A DNA stretch of 58,882 nt from Gammaproteobacteria bacterium (GTDB lineage Bacteria; Pseudomonadota; Gammaproteobacteria; Pseudomonadales; Pseudohongiellaceae), in NCBI GenBank assembly GCA_002729315.1, contig PBTW01000020.1, forward strand, positions 24,240 to 83,121, read 5' to 3'. Shown here piece by piece: positions 49,773 to 58,882 of this stretch. The notes below the pieces were generated by a model that did no database searches, was not told the origin of the DNA, and saw only the letters and a program-made list of their open reading frames with translations. Within the stretch, counting starts at the first letter, position 1; every line of letters begins with the position of its first letter. The translations under genes and the position numbers were made by a program.

Positions 49773-50053
49773 GAAATCTCCTCACCATTGACCCAAAACT
49801 CATGGTTACTGGGCAGGAACAGCTCTTCGGAAAAGCGCGGCTTCATCGTGCGCAACGTCGAGTACAGCCGGCGAAAATCAACAGTGACATCGACCAAAAC
49901 TAGCAGCGCATCTTCTCGATGCAACTCCCGGGACAGACTGTTGATCCAGTCGAGGTTCTCCCGGCATTCAACGTGCAAACAAGAAACAGCGAGCACCTCC
50001 ATCGGGAACCAGACTATACCTGAGTGGCCGAGAAAGTCATTGGTATGTCTCAT
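49718..50053 (-). CDS. Hypothetical protein (orfA), no family recognised. May be the N-terminal part of a frameshifted orfA-orfB gene.
   Basis: The ORF follows oxyR directly. The ATG at 50053 has a GAGGTGG SD (the ORF track starts at 50071). It overlaps orfB by 55 nt in another frame. Confidence 0.3.
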   Translation of the reverse strand: MRHTNDFLGHSGIVWFPMEVLAVSCLHVECRENLDWINSLSRELHREDALLVLVDVTVDFRRLYSTLRTMKPRFSEELFLPSNHEFWVNGEEISCSLESLTPVCCSVSMNR

Positions 50054-50097
50054 CACGGTAAGCCACCTCATTTGGGAGCAAGATCACCGCCCGGACG

Positions 50098-51060
50098 TCA
50101 TGACCGAGGCCGGCTGCTGACCACGCCTCGCTTGTCTGGACGAGCCGGCGTGCTAACAGGGATCGAGCCTGAGGTGTTGGCTTTGATGAATTCAGAAAGC
50201 AGCAGGTACTCCTCGCGGCGCGGATCTGATTTTCGCCAGGCCATGCCGATCTTTCGATAGACATTTTCGTTGCCAAATTCTCTGATCTGCAGATCAGTGT
50301 CCCCCAGGATATCTGCCGCGATGGAAATGGCCGGCAGCAACGTGACACCCAAGCCATTCGCGACCATCTGAACGAGCGTATGCAGACTGGTCCCCTGATA
50401 AACCACATCGGTTGCTGAACTCTGCAGCTTGCATGCCTCGAGCGCATGGTCGCGCAGACAATGGCCTTCCTCAAGCAGCAGCAGGCTTTCACCGTGCAAT
50501 TGTTGCTGCTTGACCAGTTTTCTGCGCTCAAGCTTGTGCCCGGGTGGCAGACAGAGCACAAAATCATCCCTGAACAAGGTCAGTGTCTCCATTTCTGGCA
50601 TCAGGTAGGGAAACGCCAGAATCGCCAGGTCGAGTTTCCCTTCCTGCAATTGCTGTAGCAAGTTCGCACTCAGATCTTCCTTTAGAAAAAGTTTGAGCTT
50701 TGGGTAGTGATGCCGCAATTCAGCAAGCAGCTGTGGCAGCATGAAAGGTCCTATCGTAGGAATTACACCCAGGCGTATTTCCCCGGTCAGCGCTTCGTCA
50801 TGAGATTTCGCGAGCCCGACAAAATCCTCCACATTACCAAGAATCAGGCGCGCCTGGTTCAGGAGCTTTTCGCCCAGCGGCGTAATCAGAACGGCCTTTT
50901 TATTTCGTTCAAAGATCACCACTCCCAGCTGTGATTCCAGCTCCTGTATAGCGGCACTCAGTGTCGACTGCGTGACATGACAGGCCTCAGCGGCCTTGCT
51001 GAAGTGCTTGTACTCGGCGACCGCGCAGATGTAGCGCAGCTGTTTAACGGACGGCAGCAT
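50098..51060 (-). CDS. oxyR: LysR-family peroxide-sensing regulator OxyR
   Basis: The HTH CHVTQSTLSAAIQELE and the redox-Cys context LLLLEEGHCLRDHALEACK correspond to OxyR C199/C208. Confidence 0.85.
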   Translation of the reverse strand: MLPSVKQLRYICAVAEYKHFSKAAEACHVTQSTLSAAIQELESQLGVVIFERNKKAVLITPLGEKLLNQARLILGNVEDFVGLAKSHDEALTGEIRLGVIPTIGPFMLPQLLAELRHHYPKLKLFLKEDLSANLLQQLQEGKLDLAILAFPYLMPEMETLTLFRDDFVLCLPPGHKLERRKLVKQQQLHGESLLLLEEGHCLRDHALEACKLQSSATDVVYQGTSLHTLVQMVANGLGVTLLPAISIAADILGDTDLQIREFGNENVYRKIGMAWRKSDPRREEYLLLSEFIKANTSGSIPVSTPARPDKRGVVSSRPRS

Positions 51061-51074
51061 GAGACAGAAGACTA

Positions 51075-51111
51075 ATCGAAAAAACCGATTAAGACATCAA
51101 TTAAATTTAAT
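51075..51111. promoter_or_regulatory. Possible OxyR autoregulatory box
   Basis: ATCG-N7-CGAT-N7-TCAA-N7-TAAT lies 15 nt upstream of the oxyR start. It partly matches the ATAG-N7-CTAT-N7-ATAG-N7-CTAT architecture. Confidence 0.25.
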
Positions 51112-51458
51112 GGATTGGTAAGTTTATAACCTTACCTTCTAGACCCTTTAAGTGGTGCAACTGACTAGTCGATGCGTTAGAACCAGCGCAACTACTCAAC
51201 GCGACGGGAGATTTATAACGGTGGCGCCTTAAGCATTCGATCAGAACATCTGAATTACCAAGCCACCTCCGACCCCTTTGCGCCGAAAATCGCCGAGTCT
51301 CTGCTGAGGGGTTTCGCTCAACATCCAGCCCAAATGTCTCAAAAGGTCCCTATACGAATAATCGTTGAGTGGTCTTTTAGGTTTCGATAGACTGCCGAAA
51401 AAGCGTGAAGGACTTATCGCCTGCGTTCACAACGGCGCGCTCTCCTCGGGATCAATTC

Positions 51459-52697
51459 ATGAAATTCGCTCACTGCCTATGTACAACTGCCCTCTTAAGT
51501 CTCAGCGTCATGCCGCATTGCGCAAGTGCCGACCACCATGAAGAAGACTCCATCAAAATGATTGAACCCTTGGTTTTTAAGCTCGATCAACCGGAGATAG
51601 TCAACATCAAACAGCGAATGCAGGAAGCGGTCGATGGAAAAATGATTCCGGGAGCCCTGATTCTGGTTGGCAATTCTAAAGGAGTCGGACTGCTTGAAAC
51701 GGTAGGATTCCAGACATCTGCGGGCCGTAATCCGATAAACAGTCAGACGATCTTTCGAATTTACTCAATGACCAAGCCAATCGTCAGTGTGGCCGCCATG
51801 TCCCTGATTGAGGACGGCTTGCTGGCTCTGGATGACCCCATCGAAAAGTACATTCCCGAGTTCAGTGACCTGCAGGTGACAGACCGGGAAAGCGGCGAAA
51901 CCCGCGCTGCGCAAAACTCTATTACCATCGAGAACCTGCTAACTCATGAATCAGGTCTGATCCAAGCGATTTTTTCTCCCGACAGTGAACTCGGCAAAAT
52001 ATACCAGCGAGACTTTCCGGACTATTCCGACATCACAGCACGGGACCTCGCTAGCCGAATCGGCAAGCTTCCCGTGTACTTTGAGCCGGGAAGCGCTTGG
52101 CATTATGGCCACTCAACCGATGTGCTCGGTGCCGTGCTCGAAGTAGCAGCTGGAAAGACCCTCGATCAAGTGCTTAACGAACGGGTATTTGAGCCGCTCG
52201 GCATGGACGAAACATCATTCTACCTTTCAAGCGACAAGTCTGAGCGCATAGCAGAGCCCAACTTCGGCACCATGGCTGACAACACGCAAGTCCGGGCAAT
52301 GCTCTCCGGAGGCGGCGGACTCAATTCAACAACAGAAGACTATGTGAGATTCGCCGAGATGCTGCTTCGGGGCGGCGAATACCGTGGGGCGAGAATCATA
52401 GAAGAAAGCACGCTGGATCTCATGCGTGAAAAACGAATCGGCAGTGAGGTATCCCGAGAATTCTTTTTCTTTGGTAACACCGGCGATTGGGGGCTGGGTT
52501 TTCATCTGCAACCCACAACGGAGGATCCGGACGGGCCGCACAATTTTGGGTGGCGCGGTATTGGTGGCACCTTGTTTCTGGTAGATGAAGAAAACGATTT
52601 CTATATGATCTACATGGAGCAGAAGCGCGGGGGGCCCAGAGCCCCATTCAACAGTAACGTCGCGCAGCGGATGATCTACGAGGCTATGCGAGACTGA
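51459..52697 (+). CDS. Serine hydrolase of the class-C beta-lactamase/esterase (PBP-like) family, secreted
   Basis: S-x-x-K motif SMTKP and the signal peptide MKFAHCLCTTALLSLSVMPHCASA (ATG 51459). Confidence 0.85.
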   Translation: MKFAHCLCTTALLSLSVMPHCASADHHEEDSIKMIEPLVFKLDQPEIVNIKQRMQEAVDGKMIPGALILVGNSKGVGLLETVGFQTSAGRNPINSQTIFRIYSMTKPIVSVAAMSLIEDGLLALDDPIEKYIPEFSDLQVTDRESGETRAAQNSITIENLLTHESGLIQAIFSPDSELGKIYQRDFPDYSDITARDLASRIGKLPVYFEPGSAWHYGHSTDVLGAVLEVAAGKTLDQVLNERVFEPLGMDETSFYLSSDKSERIAEPNFGTMADNTQVRAMLSGGGGLNSTTEDYVRFAEMLLRGGEYRGARIIEESTLDLMREKRIGSEVSREFFFFGNTGDWGLGFHLQPTTEDPDGPHNFGWRGIGGTLFLVDEENDFYMIYMEQKRGGPRAPFNSNVAQRMIYEAMRD

Positions 52698-52891
52698 AAC
52701 AGCGGGTCATACTTCCTGAGATAACCGCGCAGCCGGTGGTAGCTAAGGTTGAGAATTTCGACAGACTTACTTTGGTTGACTTGATTCTGTTCCAGCACCC
52801 AGCGGAACAGGCCAATTTCAAAGTCCTTCGCAGTGGATTTGAAATCAAGCGGATTTAGGGCGATGGTTTTACGCCACCTACCAAAGCACAC
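52676..52891 (-). CDS. Small Fis-type (HTH_8) DNA-binding protein
   Basis: 71 aa. The GTG start has an AGGGAG SD 7 nt upstream. VLEQNQVNQSKSVEILNLSYHRLRGYLRKY resembles a Fis-family HTH. Confidence 0.55.
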   Translation of the reverse strand: MCFGRWRKTIALNPLDFKSTAKDFEIGLFRWVLEQNQVNQSKSVEILNLSYHRLRGYLRKYDPLFQSRIAS

Positions 52892-52964
52892 TTAGCACTC
52901 CCTCTTTCTCATATTAGGCAGTACACTGCGCATTGGGCTCTACGAATACAGCCAAGGCCGCGTC

Positions 52965-53561
52965 ATGAAATTCTGTCACCACTGCGCTTCACCCATTGTT
53001 CTTCGAATCCCGGACGGCGATGACAAGGTCCGCCACTGCTGCAATCACTGCGACAGCGTGTTCTATGAAAATCCGAAAAATGTCGTCGGCACCCTACCTT
53101 TTTACGAAGATAAGATTCTCTTGTGCAAGCGCGCAATACAGCCCCGCCTTGGTAAGTGGACTCTTCCTGCTGGATTTATGGAAAATGGAGAAACCAGCCT
53201 TGAAGGTGCCGTCCGCGAAACCGCGGAGGAGGCCGGAGCCACTGTCAGGATTCATGACGACAGTTTGTATACCCTGTTTAACCTGCCGTCGATAAATCAG
53301 GTATACCTCTTCTTTCGTGCCGAACTGGCAACTCCGGAGTTTGAAGCGGGCGCAGAGTCTCTCAAAGTTGCTCTATTCTCTGAATCGCAAATCCCTTGGA
53401 ACGAAATTGCGTTCCCGGTCGTCAGGACTACGATTGAATGCTTTCTAGAAGACAGGCCTCGGGGCTATTTCCCCGTGCGGATGTTTGACGTCCAGCATGG
53501 CGAAGACCGCAGTATTTCTACAAAGTTGATCAGCCAGAGCACACCTGACGCGCAAGACTGA
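52965..53561 (+). CDS. NUDIX hydrolase with an N-terminal zinc ribbon
   Basis: CHHC...CNHC ribbon and Nudix box GFMENGETSLEGAVRETAEEAGA. Confidence 0.85.
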   Translation: MKFCHHCASPIVLRIPDGDDKVRHCCNHCDSVFYENPKNVVGTLPFYEDKILLCKRAIQPRLGKWTLPAGFMENGETSLEGAVRETAEEAGATVRIHDDSLYTLFNLPSINQVYLFFRAELATPEFEAGAESLKVALFSESQIPWNEIAFPVVRTTIECFLEDRPRGYFPVRMFDVQHGEDRSISTKLISQSTPDAQD

Positions 53562-53822
53562 TTCAGATTCACGAAGATTTATTTTCAGAGCATGCGGGTG
53601 ACGTCCGAGCCAGTTTTTGGTTTGCACACACTGAATCCTCAACGCCAATAAAACCTCAGCACTCAGTGCCGATGGAACCGGAGTCTACTCGAAATAAGTC
53701 AGAAAACCATGGCATCGCAGCGCACGGCCTGAAATGCGGGTGGTCTACTGTCGGTCAGTCTGCTTACCGACTCCCAGTCTTCGTCCGAGCGGAGCGGCCC
53801 AACCAGTGCTTCACGAGACCGC

Positions 53823-54143
53823 TCAGGTTTCGGTTCGGATCACCGTGTAAGCCACTTCCTCGTATGGATGCGCCTGCTTGAGCGCAGCGATCACAGCGTT
53901 TAGGCATGGCTCTTCGCACACCAACTCAAGCTTGTACTCGATCACCGTTTCGATCTGATCCTGAATGCCAAGAAAAGGCGTACTGCCATCCAGTGGCCGG
54001 AATTGCCCCTCACCTCTGGTTTGCCAGGCACAACAGTCGTAGTGACCGACCCTGCCAGCACCAGCCTCGAACATAGCTGTTTTCACCACAGCCAGATGCG
54101 ATTCAGGCACATAGAGTTCAATCTTGCAGAGCGGGTATGACAC
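53823..54143 (-). CDS. Small NIF3-insert/YqfO-C-terminal-like protein
   Basis: 106 aa. KIELYVPESHLAVVKTAMFEAGAGRVGHYDCCAWQT...AHPYEEVAY is typical of the family. The GTG start lies 2 nt after the purL stop. Confidence 0.6.
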   Translation of the reverse strand: MSYPLCKIELYVPESHLAVVKTAMFEAGAGRVGHYDCCAWQTRGEGQFRPLDGSTPFLGIQDQIETVIEYKLELVCEEPCLNAVIAALKQAHPYEEVAYTVIRTET

Positions 54144-54145
54144 GC

Positions 54146-57100
54146 TTAGCCGAGCCAGCTACGGGCATTTCTGAACATTCGAATGGCCGGTGCATCTTCG
54201 CCCCAATGCGGGGGGTGCCAGGAGTTCTGTACCGTCCGAAAGACACGCTCCGGGTGAGGCATCATGATCAGCGCCCGACCATCAATCGAGGTTATGCCCG
54301 TAATACCCCCCGGCGACCCATTTGGGTTTGCGGGATAGCGCTCAGTCGGGGCACCGTAGCCATCAACAAAGCGCATGGCAACACCGCCCGACGAGACCAG
54401 TGACTGATATTGCGCTGCACCCTCAAAGTGCGCCAGCCCCTCACCATGCGCTACGGCGATGGGAAAACGAGAACCCTGCATATTACTCAGAAGGACCGAC
54501 GGACTTTCTGACACAGCGGCCATGACCAGCCTACCTTCAAACTGTTCAGACCGATTTCGCATAAAACGTGGCCAGTGCTCAGCACCCGGAATCAGTGGGC
54601 GCAGCAGAGAAATCATCTGGCAGCCATTACAGACTCCAAGGCTGAGCGTAGTCTTACGCTCGAAAAAGGCACGGAATTGCCGGCTCAAACGTTCATTGAA
54701 CAAGACGGATTTGCCCCAACCACCGCCAGCGCCAAGCACATCACCGTAGGAAAATCCGCCGCATGCCACCAGCACGTTAAACTGCTCAAGAGACTCACGT
54801 GACTCGATTAGATCAGTCATATGCACATCAATCGCTTCAAAACCGGCACATACGAATGCCGCCGCCATTTCAATCTGACCGTTCACACCCTGCTCTCGCA
54901 GGATCGCGACTTTGGGTTTGACATCCAGATGGATAAAAGGCGCGCAAATATCATCATCGGGGTTAAACGTTAGCTCTGCGTGAAGACCCGGATCAGAGAC
55001 ATCTAGCAGACCATCGAACTCTTCTCGGGCGCAGTCTGAATTATCCCGCAGCGCCTGCATGTGATAGCTTGTCTCTGACCAGCGTCGCTGTAACGTGTGA
55101 CGCGCCGCAGAGAACAGCAGCTGGTCTGATAGCCGGATGGAAAGTTCATCTCGGTCGTTCACTCTCCCGATTAGAGTGATACAACCTCCTAGGCCACACT
55201 GCTCTGCCAGTTCGCTTAGGCGCGGCAGGTCATACTCGGCGAGCTGCACGACGGCGCCCAATTCTTCGTTAAACAAAATCTCGACTGGCTCTGCGGCCCC
55301 TGAGAACTGACCAAGCTCGAGATCGACACCGCAATGTCCCGCGAAACACATTTCAGCGACACAAGCGAACAGCCCACCGTCAGACCGGTCATGATAGGCA
55401 GTGAGCAATGCTTCTGCCTTAGACTGTTTAACCAGCTCAAAAAAGGCTTTTAGCGCTTGGGCACTGTCAAGGTCCGGGACTGAACCTAGAGATCTGCCAA
55501 ACACCTGCGCCAAAGAAGATCCCCCAAGCCTAAAACGGTCAGCGCTCAAGCTGATCAGGACCAGGAGAGAGTCCTCTCTCCACGCGAGTTCGGGCGTTAT
55601 CGACTGGCGGATATCTGCAACCGGCGCGAATCCGGAGACAGTGAGAGACAACGGCGCAGTATTGCTTCTGGCTTCATCACGCTCTTCCCAGACCATGCGC
55701 ATGGACATCGAATCCTTGCCGACAGGAATACAAACCCCAAGTTCGGGACACAATTCCTCGGCGACCGCTTTCACGGTGGCATACAGCTTAGCGTCCTCAA
55801 CACCATGTCCTGCCGCAACCATCCAATTCGCCGAGAGCTTAATGTGCCCCAGCGTCTGCACATCGGCGCCCAGGAGGTTGGTAACTGTCTCTGCAATGGC
55901 CATGCGTCCAGAAGCCGGCGCATCGAACAGGGCAAGCGGTGACCGCTCTCCCATTGCCATCGCCTCACCCACGTAATCCTTATAGGAAGTTGCCGTAACC
56001 GCACAGTCTGCTACGGGGACCTGCCAGGGACCGACCATCTGATCGCGACACACCTGTCCTGTTATCGACCGGTCTCCGATCGTAACCAGAAAAGCCTTGC
56101 TCGCAACCGATGGCAAGGCCAGAACGCGGTGTATCGCCTCATGCAGTTCGATTCCCTCAAGACCATCATTGACTGGACACACCAATGCTGACTGAACGTT
56201 TCGGTGCATTTTAGGAGGCTTGCCAAACAGCACATCCATTGACAAATCAATCGGCTTGTTTTCAAAGTGATCGTCGTTCAGCTCGATGTGTTTTTCTTCA
56301 GTAGACTCTCCGACGACGGCGAACGGGCAGCGCTCTCGGGCACAAATGGCTCCAAACCGGTCCAGTTCAGCTTCCGAGACGGCCAGCACGTATCGCTCCT
56401 GAGCTTCATTGCACCAGATCTCCAGCGGCGACATTTGCGGCTCAGCATTAGGGATGCTCCGCAACTGAAAAAAACCACCGGTGCCCCCGTCTTTCACCAG
56501 CTCTGGCAACGCATTGGACAGACCCCCAGCACCCACATCGTGGATAAACAGAATCGGATTACATTCACCCAGCTGCCAGCAGCGGTCAATGACCTCCTGG
56601 CAGCGCCTTTCAATTTCCGCGTTTTCGCGCTGCACAGAAGCAAAATCCAGATCTTCACTGCCACTACCTGAAACCATCGAGGAAGCAGCACCGCCGCCCA
56701 GCCCAATCAGCATCGCCGGACCGCCAAGAACGATAAGCTTCGCACCAACCGGGATATCCCCTTTGAGCACGTGCGGCTCGCGAATGTTGCCAATGCCACC
56801 GGCAATCATGATCGGCTTATGATAGCCACGCATTTCCATGAGGCCGGACTCATTGCCGACTGCCGCCTCGTAGGTACGAAAATATCCACAAAGATTCGGG
56901 CGTCCATACTCGTTATTGAACGCCGCCGCGCCGATCGGGCCCTCCAACATGATGTCTAGCGGTGACGCAATGTGGGCCGGCTTGCTCTCGCCGTTTTCCC
57001 AAGGCTGCGGGAAATTCGGGATCCTAAGATTCGAAACACTGAAGCCGGTCAGCCCGGCTTTTGGCTTCGCGCCCTTCCCTGTAGCACCTTCGTCTCGGAT

Positions 57101-58057
57101 TTCACCGCCGGCCCCAGTCGACGCACCAGGAAACGGTGCAATTGCGGTCGGATGATTATGCGTTTCTACCTTCATCAAAATATGGACGGGCTCCTGATGA
57201 AACCCATAGCTTTGAGAATCACCACTAGGAAAAAATCGCTCAGTCGTGTGGCCTTCCATCACGGCTGCGTTGTCCGAATAGGCAGACAGCACCCGATCAG
57301 GGGACTTTTCAAGACTGCCTCGGATCATGTCGAACAACGACTGCTTCTGCACCTGTCCGTCAATAGTCCAATCGGCATTGAATATTTTGTGCCGGCAATG
57401 CTCGGAATTCGCCTGCGCAAACATCATCAATTCAACGTCATTCGGATTCCGGTTGAGTTCTCTGAAGTGCGCCGCCAGATACTCCATCTCATCTTCAGCC
57501 AGAGCCAACCCCCAATCGGCGTTTGCTTGGCGTAATGCCGCGTCTCCTGCTCCAAGCAGGTCAACTGATTTCAGGGGCTGAGGCTCGCTGCTGACAAAAA
57601 TAGCTGCGGCGTGTTCGATTCCGGGCAGAACCATTTGAGTCATCCGGTCGTGCAACTGGCTTAAAAGTGCGTTGGTTACAGTTGCGTCAACCGTGCCGGC
57701 AAAACAGAGTCTGAATAAACTCCCCCGCTCTATCCGCTTGATCTGAGTCAGACCACAATTTCTTAGAATGTCAGTGGCTTTACTGGACCATGGAGATATA
57801 GTCCCCAACCTGGGAACCACTAGACATTCGGAGTAAGTCATTTCTTCAAAGGCTTCCGGCTCTTTGTATGGCTCACCGTACTCCAGCAGACTGTTCAGAG
57901 CATGCTGATCTAGTTCAGATAGAGGCTCTACCACATCGAATAGGTGTATATACCGCGCGGATATGGAGAGTAACTCAGGGGAAATCCTCTGGAGCGAGGC
58001 AAGCAGTTTTGCTTGTTTGAACAAAGAAAGAGCGCTGGCTCCGGTGAGGACTTGCAT
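54146..58057 (-). CDS. purL: Phosphoribosylformylglycinamidine synthase, single-chain large form
   Basis: 1303 aa. It has N-terminal, FGAM synthetase and C-terminal glutaminase (GVCNGCQM) domains. Confidence 0.97.
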   Translation of the reverse strand: MQVLTGASALSLFKQAKLLASLQRISPELLSISARYIHLFDVVEPLSELDQHALNSLLEYGEPYKEPEAFEEMTYSECLVVPRLGTISPWSSKATDILRNCGLTQIKRIERGSLFRLCFAGTVDATVTNALLSQLHDRMTQMVLPGIEHAAAIFVSSEPQPLKSVDLLGAGDAALRQANADWGLALAEDEMEYLAAHFRELNRNPNDVELMMFAQANSEHCRHKIFNADWTIDGQVQKQSLFDMIRGSLEKSPDRVLSAYSDNAAVMEGHTTERFFPSGDSQSYGFHQEPVHILMKVETHNHPTAIAPFPGASTGAGGEIRDEGATGKGAKPKAGLTGFSVSNLRIPNFPQPWENGESKPAHIASPLDIMLEGPIGAAAFNNEYGRPNLCGYFRTYEAAVGNESGLMEMRGYHKPIMIAGGIGNIREPHVLKGDIPVGAKLIVLGGPAMLIGLGGGAASSMVSGSGSEDLDFASVQRENAEIERRCQEVIDRCWQLGECNPILFIHDVGAGGLSNALPELVKDGGTGGFFQLRSIPNAEPQMSPLEIWCNEAQERYVLAVSEAELDRFGAICARERCPFAVVGESTEEKHIELNDDHFENKPIDLSMDVLFGKPPKMHRNVQSALVCPVNDGLEGIELHEAIHRVLALPSVASKAFLVTIGDRSITGQVCRDQMVGPWQVPVADCAVTATSYKDYVGEAMAMGERSPLALFDAPASGRMAIAETVTNLLGADVQTLGHIKLSANWMVAAGHGVEDAKLYATVKAVAEELCPELGVCIPVGKDSMSMRMVWEERDEARSNTAPLSLTVSGFAPVADIRQSITPELAWREDSLLVLISLSADRFRLGGSSLAQVFGRSLGSVPDLDSAQALKAFFELVKQSKAEALLTAYHDRSDGGLFACVAEMCFAGHCGVDLELGQFSGAAEPVEILFNEELGAVVQLAEYDLPRLSELAEQCGLGGCITLIGRVNDRDELSIRLSDQLLFSAARHTLQRRWSETSYHMQALRDNSDCAREEFDGLLDVSDPGLHAELTFNPDDDICAPFIHLDVKPKVAILREQGVNGQIEMAAAFVCAGFEAIDVHMTDLIESRESLEQFNVLVACGGFSYGDVLGAGGGWGKSVLFNERLSRQFRAFFERKTTLSLGVCNGCQMISLLRPLIPGAEHWPRFMRNRSEQFEGRLVMAAVSESPSVLLSNMQGSRFPIAVAHGEGLAHFEGAAQYQSLVSSGGVAMRFVDGYGAPTERYPANPNGSPGGITGITSIDGRALIMMPHPERVFRTVQNSWHPPHWGEDAPAIRMFRNARSWLG

Positions 58058-58300
58058 GCAATAGGTTACTCTCTTTTAGATGATTAACCGGGTCAAAACC
58101 GGCCGGTATTTAGTGGCCTTAATGATAATCGAATTAAAGGTAAAATTCAGGACCAAGCCCAGCGGGTGGGTAATCGAGACCTTCCCCAAGCACTGGAAAC
58201 AAAAGTTGTTCCATTCGCATCCTCGACCCGAAGATTCACGTGAGACAGGGCGATGGTATCCTGGCGATCTGAGCCGAACTTAGGTTCCGCCATAACTCAA

Positions 58301-58329
58301 AAAAAGCCTGCAAAAGGCTCCAGGTTTTT
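58301..58329. terminator. Bidirectional-looking terminator hairpin downstream of tadA
   Basis: AAAAAGCCUG-(10-nt loop)-CAGGUUUUU. The short GC core is flanked by an A-run and a T-run. Confidence 0.45.
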
Positions 58330-58338
58330 TCGTAACAC

Positions 58339-58800
58339 TCAGCGTCTGGATTGAAAAAAATTCTTCATGATATTACCGCACTGTTCTGCCAGTACTCCTT
58401 CCCGATAGCGCACCCTGTGATTGAGACTTGCACTGTCCAGCAAATTCTGCAGACTGACAACTGCTCCCGACCGAGGTTCCCGGGCGCCGAACACAAGCTT
58501 ATCAATCCGAGCGTGAATCAGAGCACCAACGCACATTGTGCAAGGCTCGATGGTAACGTAGAGCGTGGTTCTCGGGAGGCGGTAGTTCTGCCGACGAATG
58601 GCAGCTGCGCGCAAGGCCAGAATCTCCGCATGAGCAGTGGGATCCTGGGCACTGATGGACCGGTTGTGCGCTTCCGCAATTACCTCGCCCTCTGCAATAA
58701 GCACCGCTCCGACCGGCACTTCACCGGCCAACGCGGCAGCTTCCGCTTGCTTAAGAGCCAACGTCATCCATCGCTCGTGGGTTTCTAAATCCAGGTCCAA
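58339..58800 (-). CDS. tadA: tRNA adenosine(34) deaminase TadA
   Basis: Deaminase zinc motifs HAEILAL and PCTMCVGA. The TTG start at 58800 is inferred by alignment with the E. coli TadA N-terminus as I remember it. Confidence 0.9.
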   Translation of the reverse strand: MDLDLETHERWMTLALKQAEAAALAGEVPVGAVLIAEGEVIAEAHNRSISAQDPTAHAEILALRAAAIRRQNYRLPRTTLYVTIEPCTMCVGALIHARIDKLVFGAREPRSGAVVSLQNLLDSASLNHRVRYREGVLAEQCGNIMKNFFQSRR

Positions 58801-58882
58801 CGGACGCTCCTGGTCTACTCACTTTGCACTCGCTTTGCAAGCACTCTCTACTGGCTGGTAAGCACTTCTATGCCATCCGCTT

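Noticed and set aside
50037-50567. 176-aa minus-strand ORF
   Set aside because: It is an alternative frame inside oxyR. The oxyR frame has clear LysR/OxyR motifs and this frame has none.
58058-58300. ZTP (pfl) riboswitch upstream of purL
   Set aside because: The minus strand contains CCCGCUGGGC (resembling the CCGCCUGGGC core) and an upstream GGCGG. The GACUGGCG-type 5' core and the P1/P2 architecture are not evident, and the spacing is atypical.

Overview
This 58.9-kb window is chromosomal DNA from a gammaproteobacterium. The conserved blocks are ispB / rplU-rpmA-obg-proB / rpsT / murJ, alaS-lysC-csrA, dsbC-hom-thrC-recJ, ffh / rpsP-rimM-trmD-rplS, and purL / tadA. This gene order resembles Pseudomonas- or Cellvibrio-like, probably marine, lineages (inference from synteny only). 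I can support about 55 protein genes, 2 tRNAs (Arg-ACG, Ser-GCU), a few intrinsic terminators and some weak regulatory candidates. I found no rRNA, CRISPR array, transposase, integrase, phage gene or recognisable defence gene. Most of the window is ordinary housekeeping. Four segments look accessory: 10.9-12.7 kb, 14.8-27.6 kb, 32.3-36.6 kb and 48.4-53.6 kb. The strongest finding is a hidden selenoprotein gene. ORFs 19728-20294 and 20313-20696 share one frame and are separated by a single TGA. The joined product is a PrdB/GrdB-like reductase subunit with a U-x-x-C-H motif, and a SECIS-like hairpin lies at the expected spacing downstream. No partner subunits of proline or glycine reductase are nearby. 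Instead its neighbours are enzymes that unusually carry export signals: a Tat-signal PLP enzyme, a signal-peptide HpcH aldolase, a signal-peptide SAM methyltransferase and an anchored alpha/beta hydrolase. This may be an undescribed module. Other points worth a second look:
- a DsbD/ScsB-family protein with a tandemly duplicated redox-active N-terminal module;
- an oxyR-linked operon of two overlapping Cys/His-rich unknown ORFs plus a phosphopantetheinyl transferase;
- a 5.5-kb acyl-CoA (itaconate/C5-dicarboxylate-like) segment bounded by two tRNAs;
- a decayed excisionase-like HTH next to the 3' end of tRNA-Arg.
All family assignments come from reading the translations. No database search was possible.
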